A stretch of DNA of 64,000 bases from positions 25,455-89,454 of the forward strand of contig JAFRCD010000007.1 of NCBI GenBank assembly GCA_017404555.1, given 5' to 3'. Both the position numbers and the translations under genes were made by a program. Source of the DNA: Bacilli bacterium. GTDB lineage: Bacteria > Bacillota_I > Bacilli_A > RF39 > UBA660. The stretch's first letter is position 1. Every line of letters begins with the position of its first letter. The notes beneath the pieces were generated by a model. The model searched no databases. It saw nothing but the letters and a program-made list of their open reading frames with translations, and had not been told where the DNA came from. Shown piece after piece: positions 42,398-52,886 of this stretch.

Positions 42398-42787
42398 TTA
42401 ATTCTCTCCCTTAGTAAGGAAAAATACTAAAAGAATAATTGAACCTACAAATGGAACTAAACCAATTAGTATCCACCAACCAGATTTGCCAATATCGTGA
42501 AGTCTTCTAATATCAATAGCTAGATCAGGAAGTATATTGACTAAAGTCCAACAAAACATAATTATTCCAGCTCCTGAAGCCATGTTGAAAGTATTACTAT
42601 ATGGTGATGTCTGTACCATCATATCAGGACCAAATATTAATGAAGCAATAACACCTATTACAAAAGTAACTATTAAAGACATTAATACCACTAACCAGTA
42701 ATTCTTTCTACCTGTTTTGCCCTTAAAATCAACATATCCTTTCCAATAATCCTTATAAGCTTGTAACATAAACGATTCTCCTTTCAT
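42398..42787 (-). CDS. DUF805-family inner-membrane protein (YhaH-like)
   Basis: 129 aa with 3 TM helices and the DUF805 signature RRLHDIGKSGWW. Confidence 0.7.
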   Translation of the reverse strand: MKGESFMLQAYKDYWKGYVDFKGKTGRKNYWLVVLMSLIVTFVIGVIASLIFGPDMMVQTSPYSNTFNMASGAGIIMFCWTLVNILPDLAIDIRRLHDIGKSGWWILIGLVPFVGSIILLVFFLTKGEN

Positions 42788-42831
42788 ATAAATTATATCA
42801 AAAAATATAAAAAGAATAAATATGAAAATAT

Positions 42832-44322
42832 TTATTCTTTTATATTTGGTTTCATAAGAGGAAATAAGATAACATCTCTAATCGAATCTTGTTCAGTAAA
42901 TAACATACATAAACGATCAATTCCATATCCGATTCCTCCAGCTGGTGGCATACCATATTCTAACGCCTCTACAAAGTCCATATCAATATCATTAGCTTCA
43001 TCATTACCCATGTCTTTTTCTTTTAATTGTGATTCAAAACGTTCTAATTGATCAATTGGATCATTAAGTTCAGTATAGGCATTAGCAAATTCCTTACCAC
43101 CAATGAAAAGTTCAAATCTTTGAGTAAAGCGAGGATCATCTTTATCCTTCTTTGTAAGTGGCGATATTTCAATTGGATGTCCATATAAGAATGTTGGTTG
43201 AATTAATGTTTCCTCCACATACTTTTCAAAGAATTTATTAATAATATGACCGTATTGTTTTTCGTGTTCTAATAGTTCAATATTGTGTTCTTCCGCTAAT
43301 TTCAAACACTCATCTAAAGAGTCAATTTCCTTAAAGTCTATTCCTGTTTTCTCTTTAATGGCATCAGTCATAGAAACTCTCTTCCATTTACCTGATAAAT
43401 CTATATCATTATCAGCCCAATGATAAGTGGTCTTACCAAAAACTTGATCAGCAATTGTCTGGAACATCTTCTCAGTTAGATCCATCATTCCTTCTAAATC
43501 ACTATAAGCAAGATAAGCCTCCATCAAAGTAAACTCTGGATTATGCTTAGCATCCATTCCTTCGTTTCTAAATGTTCTACCTATTTCATAGACTGCTTCC
43601 ATACCTCCTACTAAAAGTCTTTTTAAGGGAAGTTCTAGAGCTATTCTTAAGAACATATCTAAGTCCTGAGCATTATGATGAGTAACAAATGGACGAGCAG
43701 CAGCTCCTGTAAGTAAGGTTGATAAAACTGGTGTTTCTACTTCCGTAAATCCTCTACTATCCATAAAGTTTTGAATACACCTAATTATCTTTGGTCTAAT
43801 AAAAGCTACTTCTCTAACTTCATCATTCATCATCAAATCAACATAACGACGGCGATATCTTTCTTCCTTATCAGTTAATCCATGGAATTTTTCTGGAAGA
43901 GGGCGAAGAGCCTTTACAAGATGAGTATACTCTAAACATTTAATGGTTACTTCTCCTGTCCTAGTTTTCATTACTTTACCATGAACACCAACTATATCTC
44001 CAATATCAGCACTCTTGAAAAGAGTATAAACTTCTTCACCAACATCATTAATAGAAATATATATTTGAATAGGTCCTGTCTTATCTTTAATTGTGAAGAA
44101 AGAAGCTTTTCCCATCTTTCTTACAAACATAATACGACCAGCAACAGTTACTTTATCATCCATCTTTTCAAATTCATCATGTTCTACATCCTGATACTTT
44201 TCTTTTATATCTTTGGCAAAACTATCTCTTTCGAACTTTTCACCAAAAGGATCTATTCCTAGTTCTCTAATCTTTTCTAATTTTTCTCTTCTGACTTGTT
44301 CTTGTTCAGTTAATTTTTCCAT
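42832..44322 (-). CDS. lysS: Lysine--tRNA ligase (class II)
   Basis: 496 aa with an N-terminal OB anticodon-binding domain and class II motifs (…FRNEG…, GGIGYGIDRL). Confidence 0.95.
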   Translation of the reverse strand: MEKLTEQEQVRREKLEKIRELGIDPFGEKFERDSFAKDIKEKYQDVEHDEFEKMDDKVTVAGRIMFVRKMGKASFFTIKDKTGPIQIYISINDVGEEVYTLFKSADIGDIVGVHGKVMKTRTGEVTIKCLEYTHLVKALRPLPEKFHGLTDKEERYRRRYVDLMMNDEVREVAFIRPKIIRCIQNFMDSRGFTEVETPVLSTLLTGAAARPFVTHHNAQDLDMFLRIALELPLKRLLVGGMEAVYEIGRTFRNEGMDAKHNPEFTLMEAYLAYSDLEGMMDLTEKMFQTIADQVFGKTTYHWADNDIDLSGKWKRVSMTDAIKEKTGIDFKEIDSLDECLKLAEEHNIELLEHEKQYGHIINKFFEKYVEETLIQPTFLYGHPIEISPLTKKDKDDPRFTQRFELFIGGKEFANAYTELNDPIDQLERFESQLKEKDMGNDEANDIDMDFVEALEYGMPPAGGIGYGIDRLCMLFTEQDSIRDVILFPLMKPNIKE

Positions 44323-44330
44323 TTTATCAC

Positions 44331-44921
44331 CTACACTTGTACTACTTTTGTATTACCCAAGAAGTCATGAATACCACGACCATCTTTTCTTGCTGAAGCC
44401 ATTATAATAGTAGCTATAACTATTACATATTGCACTGATTCAATAATTATTGATGCATATAAGAATACATCTTTATTACCTATAAAGGCAAACAATAAGG
44501 AAAGCATTTCAAAGATAATGGCATTAATAATTAACGCTCTTAAAACAACATTATTAATAGAAAGCTTATCTCCGTTATTATTAACAACTTTAATCTTCAT
44601 TAATTTTTTACCAATAGTTTGTCCTTTGTTGTAGAATTGGAAAACTACAAAGTAAAGAATTGTAATTAATAAACTTATTAAAGATGTAGCTCCCTGTGCC
44701 CTTGTTATCTCATAATTTAAATCTGCGGTTTGTACATAATAAGTTTTTAAACCTATTTCCTTCTTATTATATTTTTCAGTAGCTGCTTCAGCCTCTTTAT
44801 TTAACTTGTTAATAGTCTCGGTATTAGTAAAAGGTATTGCTAATAAAGACGCACAAAAGCTTACTAATAGTACATCTAGAATAAAAGCAGCTAATCTTTT
44901 AGAAAATATTGCCTTATTCAT
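44331..44921 (-). CDS. RDD-family membrane protein
   Basis: 196 aa with an N-terminal FSKRLAAFILDVLLVSF segment, 3 TM helices, and an Arg/Asp-containing loop. Confidence 0.55.
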   Translation of the reverse strand: MNKAIFSKRLAAFILDVLLVSFCASLLAIPFTNTETINKLNKEAEAATEKYNKKEIGLKTYYVQTADLNYEITRAQGATSLISLLITILYFVVFQFYNKGQTIGKKLMKIKVVNNNGDKLSINNVVLRALIINAIIFEMLSLLFAFIGNKDVFLYASIIIESVQYVIVIATIIMASARKDGRGIHDFLGNTKVVQV

Positions 44922-45896
44922 TTAATCATCTCCCCTCAGCTCATTTAACACTAAAATTATATCATGAATTTTAGTACACTTAAAGATTTTCTTTTTAGTT
45001 TCATTAATATTAGGTATTCCTTTTAAATACCAACCAATATGATTTCTTATTTCTAAAACTGCTAATTTTTCGTTTTTAACATCTTTTAAATAGTTTAAAT
45101 GTTTAATACACATATTTATTTTATTTTCTTTAGTAATTTCTCTTTCGTATTTACCAGTATCTAAATACCCTATACATTCTTCTACTAACCAAGGATTTCC
45201 TAATAGTCCTCTACCAATCATTACAGCCTGACATCCAGTATAATCTAACATGTGCTTAGCATCCTCAGGAGATTTAATATCCCCATTACCAATAACAGGA
45301 ATATTAACAGCTTCTACTACTTCTTTAATAATATCTAAGTCTACTTTACCAGAATACCCTTGGCTTCTAGTTCTTCCATGAACACAAATAGCACTAGCAC
45401 CTGCTTCTTCAACTTTTTTAGCTACTTCGACAGCATTAATACTATTACTATCCCAACCACTTCTTATTTTAACTGTCACCGGAACGGATACAGCATCTAC
45501 TACTTTTTTAACTATCTTCTTTATCTTATCTGGATCTTTTAGAAGCGCACTTCCTGCTTGGGCTCTAAGAGCCACTTTAGGAACCGGACACCCCATATTA
45601 ATATCAATAATATCTGGATGCATTTTCTCTTCAATTAGTTTAGCGGCTTCAACAAAAGATTCTTCATCACTACCAAAAATTTGCTGAGCAAGAGGTCTTT
45701 CATAGTCAGTCATATAAAGCATATTCATAGTTTTCTTATTGTTATAACAAATAGCTTTATCACTAACCATTTCAGCATAAACTAATCCACAACCAAATTC
45801 CTTACAGATTCTTCTGAAGGCACTATTAGTAATACCCGCCATTGGCGCTAAAACTATTTGGTTTTCAATTACAACATTTCCTATTTTCCACTTCAT
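44922..45896 (-). CDS. dusB: tRNA-dihydrouridine synthase
   Basis: TIM-barrel Dus motifs (LAPMAGITN, DINMGCP, catalytic Cys). 324 aa. Adjacent to lysS, as in Bacillus. Confidence 0.85.
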   Translation of the reverse strand: MKWKIGNVVIENQIVLAPMAGITNSAFRRICKEFGCGLVYAEMVSDKAICYNNKKTMNMLYMTDYERPLAQQIFGSDEESFVEAAKLIEEKMHPDIIDINMGCPVPKVALRAQAGSALLKDPDKIKKIVKKVVDAVSVPVTVKIRSGWDSNSINAVEVAKKVEEAGASAICVHGRTRSQGYSGKVDLDIIKEVVEAVNIPVIGNGDIKSPEDAKHMLDYTGCQAVMIGRGLLGNPWLVEECIGYLDTGKYEREITKENKINMCIKHLNYLKDVKNEKLAVLEIRNHIGWYLKGIPNINETKKKIFKCTKIHDIILVLNELRGDD

Positions 45897-45929
45897 ATCT
45901 TCTCTCCAAAAAAGAATTAGATTAATTAT

Positions 45930-46337
45930 CTAATTCCTATTCTTTTTATTTTTAATTAATCTTTTTTTCTCATCATTGATATTCTTTTTACTATATACTT
46001 TATGACGACCAGCTCGCTCATATATTTCATTAGCTCTTTCCATATATGTTCTCTCATCTATCTCACTAAGTCCATATTCTTGCGCAGCTGCTTGAACCTT
46101 GTCTCTAGTAACAGTAATAGAATTATAGAGAAAAACCCCTTTCTTTAAAAATCCTCTATTATCAATTTCCAAAAAGTCATACTCAGGACTTAATAATTCG
46201 GATTCTACTTTGCGTATCAAACATTGAAGTTCATCTCGATTGTCTGTCCCTAAAACTTGTTTTATTTTTAATAGATTTAACTCTTTTCTCAGCTTTTTCA
46301 GCTCGCTACTATCCATTATAACTCCTTTAATTATCAA
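45930..46337 (-). CDS. Hypothetical protein (135 aa), basic C-terminus
   Basis: ORF between ftsH and dusB that overlaps the ftsH stop by 11 nt. No family recognised. Confidence 0.4.
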   Translation of the reverse strand: MIIKGVIMDSSELKKLRKELNLLKIKQVLGTDNRDELQCLIRKVESELLSPEYDFLEIDNRGFLKKGVFLYNSITVTRDKVQAAAQEYGLSEIDERTYMERANEIYERAGRHKVYSKKNINDEKKRLIKNKKNRN

Positions 46338-48294
46338 GTTCTTTTAAAAGTTCTGCTTTATTCATTTTTGAATAATTCTTAATTCCTTTTTTCTTAGCAA
46401 GTTCTTTAAGTTTAGTTATTGACATAGCTTCTAGAGATGTATTTTCATCTTCATCAGGCATCTTTTTATGCTCAACTAAATAATCAATTTGTTCTTTAGT
46501 AAGTGTTTCATACTCTAATAAAGCTTCAGCAATTAATTTTAATAAAGCCATATTGTCTTTAATTATTTCTTTAGCATGCTTATGGCAATTATTAATAATT
46601 TTTCTAATTTCCATATCTATTTCATTAGCTACTTCATTAGAGAAGTGTTGTGCTTTATTATAGTCTCTTCCTAAGAAAACACTCCCTTCTTGTTGTTCAA
46701 ATTGTAATGGTCCTAAATCACTCATACCATATTCAGTAACCATAGCTCTAGCTATTTTAGTAGCTTTTTCAAAATCATTATGCGCCCCTGTAGATATTTC
46801 TTTGAACACTATTTCTTCAGCAGATCTACCACCTAAAAGACCAGTTATTTCCTCTAACAAATCGCTTTTGGTCTGACATAATTTTTCCTCAGTTGGAATC
46901 ATCATGTTATAGCCACCAGCAGCTCCTCGAGGAATAATAGTTACTTTTTGAACATCGCTAGCATTAGCTAATTTAAGTCCAATAACAGCATGTCCAGCTT
47001 CGTGATAAGAAACTAATTGACGATCTTTTTCACTATACTTACGAGATGTCTTAGCAGGACCCATAAGTACTCTATCTGTTGCTTCATCAATTTCACTCAT
47101 AGTGATTTTTTCTTTATTTCTTCGTACCGCTAAAAGAGCTGCCTCATTAAGTAAGTTCTCTAAATCAGCACCTGAAAATCCTGGTGTTCTTTTAGCAATA
47201 TTAGCAAGAGTAACTGTATCCGCTAAAATCTTATTTTTAGCATGAACTCCTAATATTTCTTCTCTACCTTTAATATCTGGTAAATTAACTGTAATTTGAC
47301 GATCAAATCGACCAGGTCGTAAAAGGGCAGGATCTAACACATCAGGTCTATTAGTAGCGGCAATAATTATAATACCCTCGTTCTCACCAAAGCCATCCAT
47401 CTCGGTAAGTAATTGGTTTAGGGTTTGTTCTCTTTCATCATGACCTCCACCTAAACCTGTACCACGTTGACGACCGACGGCATCAATCTCATCAATAAAG
47501 ATTAGACACGGAGCATTTCTCTTAGCTTGTTGGAACATATCCCTAACACGACTAGCTCCAACACCAACAAATAGTTCTACAAAGTCTGATCCGCTTATAA
47601 AGTAAAATGGAACATTTGCTTCTCCAGCTACTGCCCTAGCAAGTAAAGTTTTACCTGTTCCTGGAGGGCCAAATAGAAGAACGCCTTTAGGAATACGAGC
47701 CCCTAATTTTTGAAATTTTTTTGGATTCTTTAAGAAGTCAATTAATTCTTTAACTTCTTCTTTCTCTTCTTTTAACCCAGCAACATTTTTAAATGTTACT
47801 TTGTTTTTCTCGCTATTTAGTTTGGCTTTGCTTTTACCAAAGTCAAGGGAACTCTTGTTACCAGCCATCTGCTTACTAAACAAGAAGAAAGCTCCACCTA
47901 TTAATAAAACTATTGGTAAAACATTAATTAAAACTAAAACTAGAGTTGATGACTCTGGATCAGCCACCGTCGTAAACTTAAATGACTGTTCTTCACTAGC
48001 TTCAACTAATCTCTTCATGATTTGTTCAGAAAGTGGTAATCTAGCAAAGAATTCTTCATTAGATTTATATCCTTTTAATTTGCCTCTTACTTCATAGATT
48101 TGAGCACTTTCTCTTGGTGTTAATTCCATCTTCTTAATATTACCATCAACTACTTGAGTCATAAATTTATCATATGTTAAGACATTTACTTTCTTGTTCA
48201 TAACATTTAAAAAATAAATAATCGTTAACATAATTAAAGCCATCATTAAATATGGTAGTAAATTCTTTTTAACATCTTTCTTTTGAACTTTCAT
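46327..48294 (-). CDS. ftsH: ATP-dependent zinc metalloprotease FtsH
   Basis: Two N-terminal TM helices, an AAA domain with [11 protein letters not shown], the zinc motif HEAGHA, and a C-terminal tail. Confidence 0.95.
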   Translation of the reverse strand: MKVQKKDVKKNLLPYLMMALIMLTIIYFLNVMNKKVNVLTYDKFMTQVVDGNIKKMELTPRESAQIYEVRGKLKGYKSNEEFFARLPLSEQIMKRLVEASEEQSFKFTTVADPESSTLVLVLINVLPIVLLIGGAFFLFSKQMAGNKSSLDFGKSKAKLNSEKNKVTFKNVAGLKEEKEEVKELIDFLKNPKKFQKLGARIPKGVLLFGPPGTGKTLLARAVAGEANVPFYFISGSDFVELFVGVGASRVRDMFQQAKRNAPCLIFIDEIDAVGRQRGTGLGGGHDEREQTLNQLLTEMDGFGENEGIIIIAATNRPDVLDPALLRPGRFDRQITVNLPDIKGREEILGVHAKNKILADTVTLANIAKRTPGFSGADLENLLNEAALLAVRRNKEKITMSEIDEATDRVLMGPAKTSRKYSEKDRQLVSYHEAGHAVIGLKLANASDVQKVTIIPRGAAGGYNMMIPTEEKLCQTKSDLLEEITGLLGGRSAEEIVFKEISTGAHNDFEKATKIARAMVTEYGMSDLGPLQFEQQEGSVFLGRDYNKAQHFSNEVANEIDMEIRKIINNCHKHAKEIIKDNMALLKLIAEALLEYETLTKEQIDYLVEHKKMPDEDENTSLEAMSITKLKELAKKKGIKNYSKMNKAELLKELDN

Positions 48295-48305
48295 CTTCTT
48301 CCTCC

Positions 48306-49604
48306 TTACTCATATTTCAATATTATATCATATTCTTCATCTTTTTTCTTATCATATTTACTTTTTTTCAGACCTGGTAACCAAACAACATTATTTGTAC
48401 TATCAACTACAACTGGCCAAAGGTCCCTCTCTTTAGAATTAATTTTTTTATCAATAAAGATATCCTTAATTTTTTTTGAACCGTTAAGCCCTTTAACCTT
48501 CATCTTATCACCAATGCGTCTATTCCTAATAATAAGTGGTAAGTTAATTTCTTTACTACACAAACGGCATATATCATTACTGTTTCCTTCATCAAACCCT
48601 TCTTTTATAACTTTACCATTAGGTAGTTCTACATACTTATTATACTCTATTTCATAATTAAACACTTCATCATTTTTTCTATTTATTTCTAAAAGATTAT
48701 ATTCCTTCCTAGCAATAACATCATTAGGTAAATCAACATAACTATTAGCTTTCTTGCTTTCTAACATTTTCATAATCAAATCAATATGATGATCAGTTAT
48801 AAGAATTAAATCGTCTTCATAAAATTTGTTAATCAAAGAGTATAGAATTTCTTTTTGAAAATAAGGATCTACTTGTTTAAACAAATCAATTATAATCTTA
48901 TCTTCTTTAGTTACTTTCTTTAAAACTTTCTGCTTTTCTCTTTCAACAATTTGATAAGCTTGGTCTAAATCTTCACTAAATTTTAAATACTTTAAATGAA
49001 TATTAGGGTCCTCACTCTTTAAAAAGGGCAAGACATTAGCTCTATATCTATTGCGAGTATACTTCATCTTTTCATTAGAACTATCTATAAAATATTGTAC
49101 TTTATTTTTTCTATTATATTCGAGAAGATCTTCTTTGGTCATATCGATTAATGGTCTAACTATTTTATAACCATCTTTTTCTACTTCTTTTTGAAATCCC
49201 GAATATCCCTTTAGACTTGATCCTCTACTAATTCTCATTAGAATGGTTTCAATTAAGTCATCACCATGATGAGCAGTCATTAAGTAATCAGCATTATACT
49301 TTTTTACTACTTCTTCAAAGAAGTTATATCTAATATTTCTTGCTTCATTATGGAAATTATCATCACCATAATTATCAATTAATAAATACTCAAACAAAAC
49401 ATCATTTTCTTTACAAAATGCTTTCATGAAGATTGCTTCTTCTTTACTTTGAGTCCGTAAATTATGATTAACATGAGCACAAATTAGTTTTAAATTGTAC
49501 TCCTCTCTTTTTTTAAGAAGCATATCAAATAAAGCCATAGAGTCAGGACCACTAGAGCACCCAATAACAATAGTTGAATTTTTCTCGACATCTATTCTTT
49601 CCAT
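48306..49604 (-). CDS. tilS: tRNA(Ile)-lysidine synthetase
   Basis: PP-loop SGGPDS-type motif (CSSGPDSMAL) and the C-terminal TilS domain. No separate hprT lies between tilS and ftsH. Confidence 0.85.
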   Translation of the reverse strand: MERIDVEKNSTIVIGCSSGPDSMALFDMLLKKREEYNLKLICAHVNHNLRTQSKEEAIFMKAFCKENDVLFEYLLIDNYGDDNFHNEARNIRYNFFEEVVKKYNADYLMTAHHGDDLIETILMRISRGSSLKGYSGFQKEVEKDGYKIVRPLIDMTKEDLLEYNRKNKVQYFIDSSNEKMKYTRNRYRANVLPFLKSEDPNIHLKYLKFSEDLDQAYQIVEREKQKVLKKVTKEDKIIIDLFKQVDPYFQKEILYSLINKFYEDDLILITDHHIDLIMKMLESKKANSYVDLPNDVIARKEYNLLEINRKNDEVFNYEIEYNKYVELPNGKVIKEGFDEGNSNDICRLCSKEINLPLIIRNRRIGDKMKVKGLNGSKKIKDIFIDKKINSKERDLWPVVVDSTNNVVWLPGLKKSKYDKKKDEEYDIILKYE

Positions 49605-49666
49605 ATTCCTTCACCACTTATATTTTATATTAAATAAAGAAAAAAAGCCATATTTAAATGACTTTT

Positions 49667-49978
49667 TTATTTTATCTGTAGTATTATTTCTCCGTCTTTA
49701 GAATATAAGTATTTTTCCCTAGCATAACGAGCAATATAATCAGGATCTTGTAGCTTAGTAGCATCAGCTTTTAAAACTTCCTCTTTTTCTTTTAATTCTT
49801 TTAGAGCCGTACTAAGTTCTTTCCTCTCTTGATACTTGGAATAAATTTCTACCCAATACTTACCTAAAGTAAAGGATACTCCAAAAATTACAACCAGTGA
49901 TAAAAGACCTAAAGTGAAGAATCTTTTGGCTTTTCTACGTTTATTACGTTTATTAACTTTAGACATTTTATCACCCAC
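49667..49978 (-). CDS. divIC: Septum formation initiator, FtsB/DivIC family
   Basis: About 100 aa: a basic N-terminus, one TM helix, then a coiled coil (KELSTALKELKEKEEVLKADATKL). It follows yabP-yabQ, as in Bacillus. Confidence 0.65.
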   Translation of the reverse strand: MGDKMSKVNKRNKRRKAKRFFTLGLLSLVVIFGVSFTLGKYWVEIYSKYQERKELSTALKELKEKEEVLKADATKLQDPDYIARYAREKYLYSKDGEIILQIK

Positions 49979-50040
49979 TTTCTTAAATTTATTATAGCAC
50001 TTGTCAAAACTGCAATAACATTTTTATCCCTTATTTATGT

Positions 50041-50298
50041 CTACTTTACATATTTTTTAAATGTTCCCCCTCCAAATACAACTAGAATAAATATCCAATT
50101 AATAACTCCCTCATTTATTACTCTCATTCCTAGAAAATATAATAAACCAATATCAATAAAGAAAAATGTCGTAAAGATTATTCTTTTCCTCTTATCTTTA
50201 TTAAGTAAATACTTTCTCTGTCTATTAATTAAAATATAAACAGCATATCCATAGCCAAAAGAAAAAAGCAAGGATAAAACTTGCGTAGTAAGATTCAT
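50041..50298 (-). CDS. yabQ: YabQ-like small sporulation/membrane protein
   Basis: 85 aa with 3 TM segments. Assigned mainly by conserved position between yabP and divIC. Confidence 0.45.
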   Translation of the reverse strand: MNLTTQVLSLLFSFGYGYAVYILINRQRKYLLNKDKRKRIIFTTFFFIDIGLLYFLGMRVINEGVINWIFILVVFGGGTFKKYVK

Positions 50299-50588
50299 TA
50301 TTTAAATAATCTATTCAAAATACTGTTTTCTTTGTTTTTAGTTTTACCATCTTCTAAATAAGTCATACTATTAACTAATCCTTTAATAGAAACATTTCCT
50401 TGCATAGTATCTAATTTAATGAGTTCTAGATTCTCCCCTTTAATAAGTAGTATTCCCATAACTGTATCCATTAGGAATTGCTCGTTATCAAAGCTTTCTA
50501 TTTTTTTAACACCACTAACCACTAAATTTTTTCTTTCAACCAAACTAATCCCATGATTATAATTATTAATTAAAGCATCTTTTTCCAT
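50298..50588 (-). CDS. yabP: YabP-family sporulation protein
   Basis: 96 aa with the YabP pattern (ISLVERKNLVVSGVKKIESFD…GENLELIKLD). Confidence 0.65.
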   Translation of the reverse strand: MEKDALINNYNHGISLVERKNLVVSGVKKIESFDNEQFLMDTVMGILLIKGENLELIKLDTMQGNVSIKGLVNSMTYLEDGKTKNKENSILNRLFK

Positions 50589-50645
50589 AAATATCTCCTT
50601 TATAGAAGTATATGTTAAAGAAAAATAAATATGAAAAAAAGAGAA

Positions 50646-50969
50646 CTATTCGTCCTCTTCTTCTACTTCTTCTTCACCAGCAGCTTCTGTGTCTTCTTCT
50701 GCTTCTTCCTCATCCTCAGTATTTTCATACTCTTTAATGATAGCTTCTTCAAACATACTTCTAACTTCTGGATTAATTGGATGAGCTATATCTCTATATC
50801 CACCAGTAGGTGTTTTTCTACTTGGCATAGCGATAAACAAACCATTGTCTCCTTCAATAATACGAATGTCATGAACTACAAAGCTGTCATCTAAAAGGAC
50901 AGATGCAATTCCTTTCATACGTGATCCTTCTTTTTCGATCTTACGTACATTAACTGATGTAATCTCCAT
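50646..50969 (-). CDS. spoVG: Septation protein SpoVG
   Basis: Near-collinear with B. subtilis SpoVG ([54 protein letters not shown]…) plus an acidic tail. Confidence 0.9.
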   Translation of the reverse strand: MEITSVNVRKIEKEGSRMKGIASVLLDDSFVVHDIRIIEGDNGLFIAMPSRKTPTGGYRDIAHPINPEVRSMFEEAIIKEYENTEDEEEAEEDTEAAGEEEVEEEDE

Positions 50970-51041
50970 GTTATACCTCCCTTATATAAAGTTACATTTA
51001 CAAATATATCATACAATAAAACCTACAAAAAAGCAACATTT

Positions 51042-51269
51042 TTATACTTTTTTCGGTAATATCTCCAAATGGTTCGTTAAAACATCGCTATAACAAAAAG
51101 TTTTTACTTGCTGAGGATTGTCTAAATCACGGATAACAAATATCTTAGAATATGTGTTTTCAATGGTTCCTTTAAATTCTTCTATCTGGTTTCTCGTCTT
51201 GTTATATCTGAAATTTAAAGTCTTACCCTTCTTTAAATCTAAATCTCTTTTTATTAAATCTGTATTCAT
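51042..51269 (-). CDS. veg: Veg-family biofilm/sporulation-associated small protein
   Basis: 75 aa with similarity to B. subtilis Veg (…KIFVIRDLD…YSDVLT…). Conserved position after yabG. Confidence 0.7.
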   Translation of the reverse strand: MNTDLIKRDLDLKKGKTLNFRYNKTRNQIEEFKGTIENTYSKIFVIRDLDNPQQVKTFCYSDVLTNHLEILPKKV

Positions 51270-52081
51270 CTAGGGAACCCTACATACATAACACCACTAG
51301 TAATTATTCCTCCAATACCATCACTTCCATATTTAGTTTTTGCTAGCATATTGATTAAATCTATATTTTTGTTTTTCTCCGACAAAGCCACCGAAGAGGC
51401 AATAATTGCTGGATCCAACGCATGAATATTTACTCTTTTAGGGCTAGAAGCAAAATTAGCACCTGCTTTAATTAACTCTTCATAATTAGATTGGCAAGCA
51501 CCCGCAATAATAATTAGTTTGTCCTGGCTGTGTTCATACTTACGTGCCTCTAGTACTGCATCAATAAAGTTCTTAGTATTTTGGTAATTATCAACGTTCA
51601 TGACATCTTCTTTTTTCTTAATATAAGCATCATGTCCTGTTATAACAACAATATCTGGTTTATACTTTTCTAAATATCCTGGTAGTTTTTCTGCAATATC
51701 TTCCTCCTCAATATTAACTCCAAAAGCTTTAACCTTCATGCTATCATAAAAACGCATGCATCTTTTCAAATAATCATCATCACTATCAATATGTAGAACT
51801 ACTCCTGGTAAATAAAAATACTCATCGCGATCTAAATTTAAATTCTTTTGATTGTCCTCAATAATTTTTCGATCATCACCATCGCTATTTACTTTTTCCT
51901 CTTTTACTAAATCATCAATATCACTATCAGCATACAATCTAAAATCAACACCCTTTAATATTGCTTTATTACCATTAATACTAAGCACTTCAAAAACAAT
52001 ATCATTATTATAGGAATTACGCGATACGATATCTCCAACACCAATCATATTCATCATCTCCCTATTTAATTTTATGAACAA
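51266..52081 (-). CDS. yabG: Sporulation-specific protease YabG (peptidase U57)
   Basis: N-terminus IGVGDIVSRNSYNNDIVFEVLSINGNKAILKGVDFRLYADSDIDDLV matches the YabG signature. It sits between ksgA and veg, as in Bacillus. Confidence 0.7.
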   Translation of the reverse strand: MFIKLNREMMNMIGVGDIVSRNSYNNDIVFEVLSINGNKAILKGVDFRLYADSDIDDLVKEEKVNSDGDDRKIIEDNQKNLNLDRDEYFYLPGVVLHIDSDDDYLKRCMRFYDSMKVKAFGVNIEEEDIAEKLPGYLEKYKPDIVVITGHDAYIKKKEDVMNVDNYQNTKNFIDAVLEARKYEHSQDKLIIIAGACQSNYEELIKAGANFASSPKRVNIHALDPAIIASSVALSEKNKNIDLINMLAKTKYGSDGIGGIITSGVMYVGFPR

Positions 52082-52093
52082 AAAAAATAACTA

Positions 52094-52882
52094 TTACTTA
52101 TTTAAAGCATTAGCTATTTCAACAAAAATCTTATAATCTAATTTTTCACTACGGACAGTTAAATCATAATTGTACTTCTTTAATACTTGCTCAATCTTTT
52201 CTAAGTCGTAGTCTTTTAAATTGTTTCTTAGTGTCTTTCTTTTAAACCTAAAAGCGTCTCTAATCAATTTAAAAAACAATTCTTCATTATCAACTTTTTC
52301 TTTTTCCTTCTTTGTTAAAGATATAACCACACTATCCACTTTTGGTCGGGGAACAAAATTATTTCGACCAACCACAAAGCACTTTCTTAAATCAAAATAA
52401 TAGTTTAATAGAACGGAAATAGAGCCATAATCTCTACTACCAGGAGTAGCTGTAAATCTCTCCCCAAGTTCTTTTTGAACCATGATAACAATTTTTTCAA
52501 CTTCTATTTTTTCTTCTATTATTTTTAGAATAATAGGTGTAGTTATGTAATAAGGAATATTGCTGATAACATATAGCTTTTTATAGTCAATATCATCAAT
52601 ATCTTTCTTAATGTTTCGTTTTAGAAAATCATCAAAGATAATTTTTAATTCTTTATCCTTAAATTTTTCTTCTAACTCTTCCTTCAAATCTAAATCTATT
52701 TCATATGCCAAAACTTTTGTCTTCTTTAATAACTCCTCTGTTAGGACTCCACCACCCGGTCCTATTTCAATTACTAAATCATCTTTAGTTAAAGAAACAG
52801 TATTTACCATATCTTCTATCAACTTCTTGTTAGTTAAAAAGTTCTGACCGTACTTTTTTTTGAATTTAAATGATTTGTTCAT
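52094..52882 (-). CDS. rsmA: 16S rRNA (adenine1518-N6/adenine1519-N6)-dimethyltransferase RsmA/KsgA
   Basis: N-terminal KKYGQNFLTNK and SAM-binding VIEIGPGGGVLT motifs. Confidence 0.9.
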   Translation of the reverse strand: MNKSFKFKKKYGQNFLTNKKLIEDMVNTVSLTKDDLVIEIGPGGGVLTEELLKKTKVLAYEIDLDLKEELEEKFKDKELKIIFDDFLKRNIKKDIDDIDYKKLYVISNIPYYITTPIILKIIEEKIEVEKIVIMVQKELGERFTATPGSRDYGSISVLLNYYFDLRKCFVVGRNNFVPRPKVDSVVISLTKKEKEKVDNEELFFKLIRDAFRFKRKTLRNNLKDYDLEKIEQVLKKYNYDLTVRSEKLDYKIFVEIANALNK

Positions 52883-52886
52883 CTGA

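Noticed and set aside
43981-44407. Plus-strand ORFs 43981-44262 and 44213-44407 over the lysS and RDD genes
   Set aside because: Antisense artefacts with low-complexity translations.
45360-45542. Plus-strand ORF antisense to dusB
   Set aside because: Antisense artefact.
47801-49701. Plus-strand ORFs 47801-48097, 48283-48657 and 49495-49701 over ftsH and tilS
   Set aside because: Antisense artefacts inside well-supported genes.
50631-50894. Plus-strand ORF antisense to spoVG
   Set aside because: Antisense artefact.
52611-52847. Plus-strand ORF antisense to ksgA
   Set aside because: Antisense artefact.
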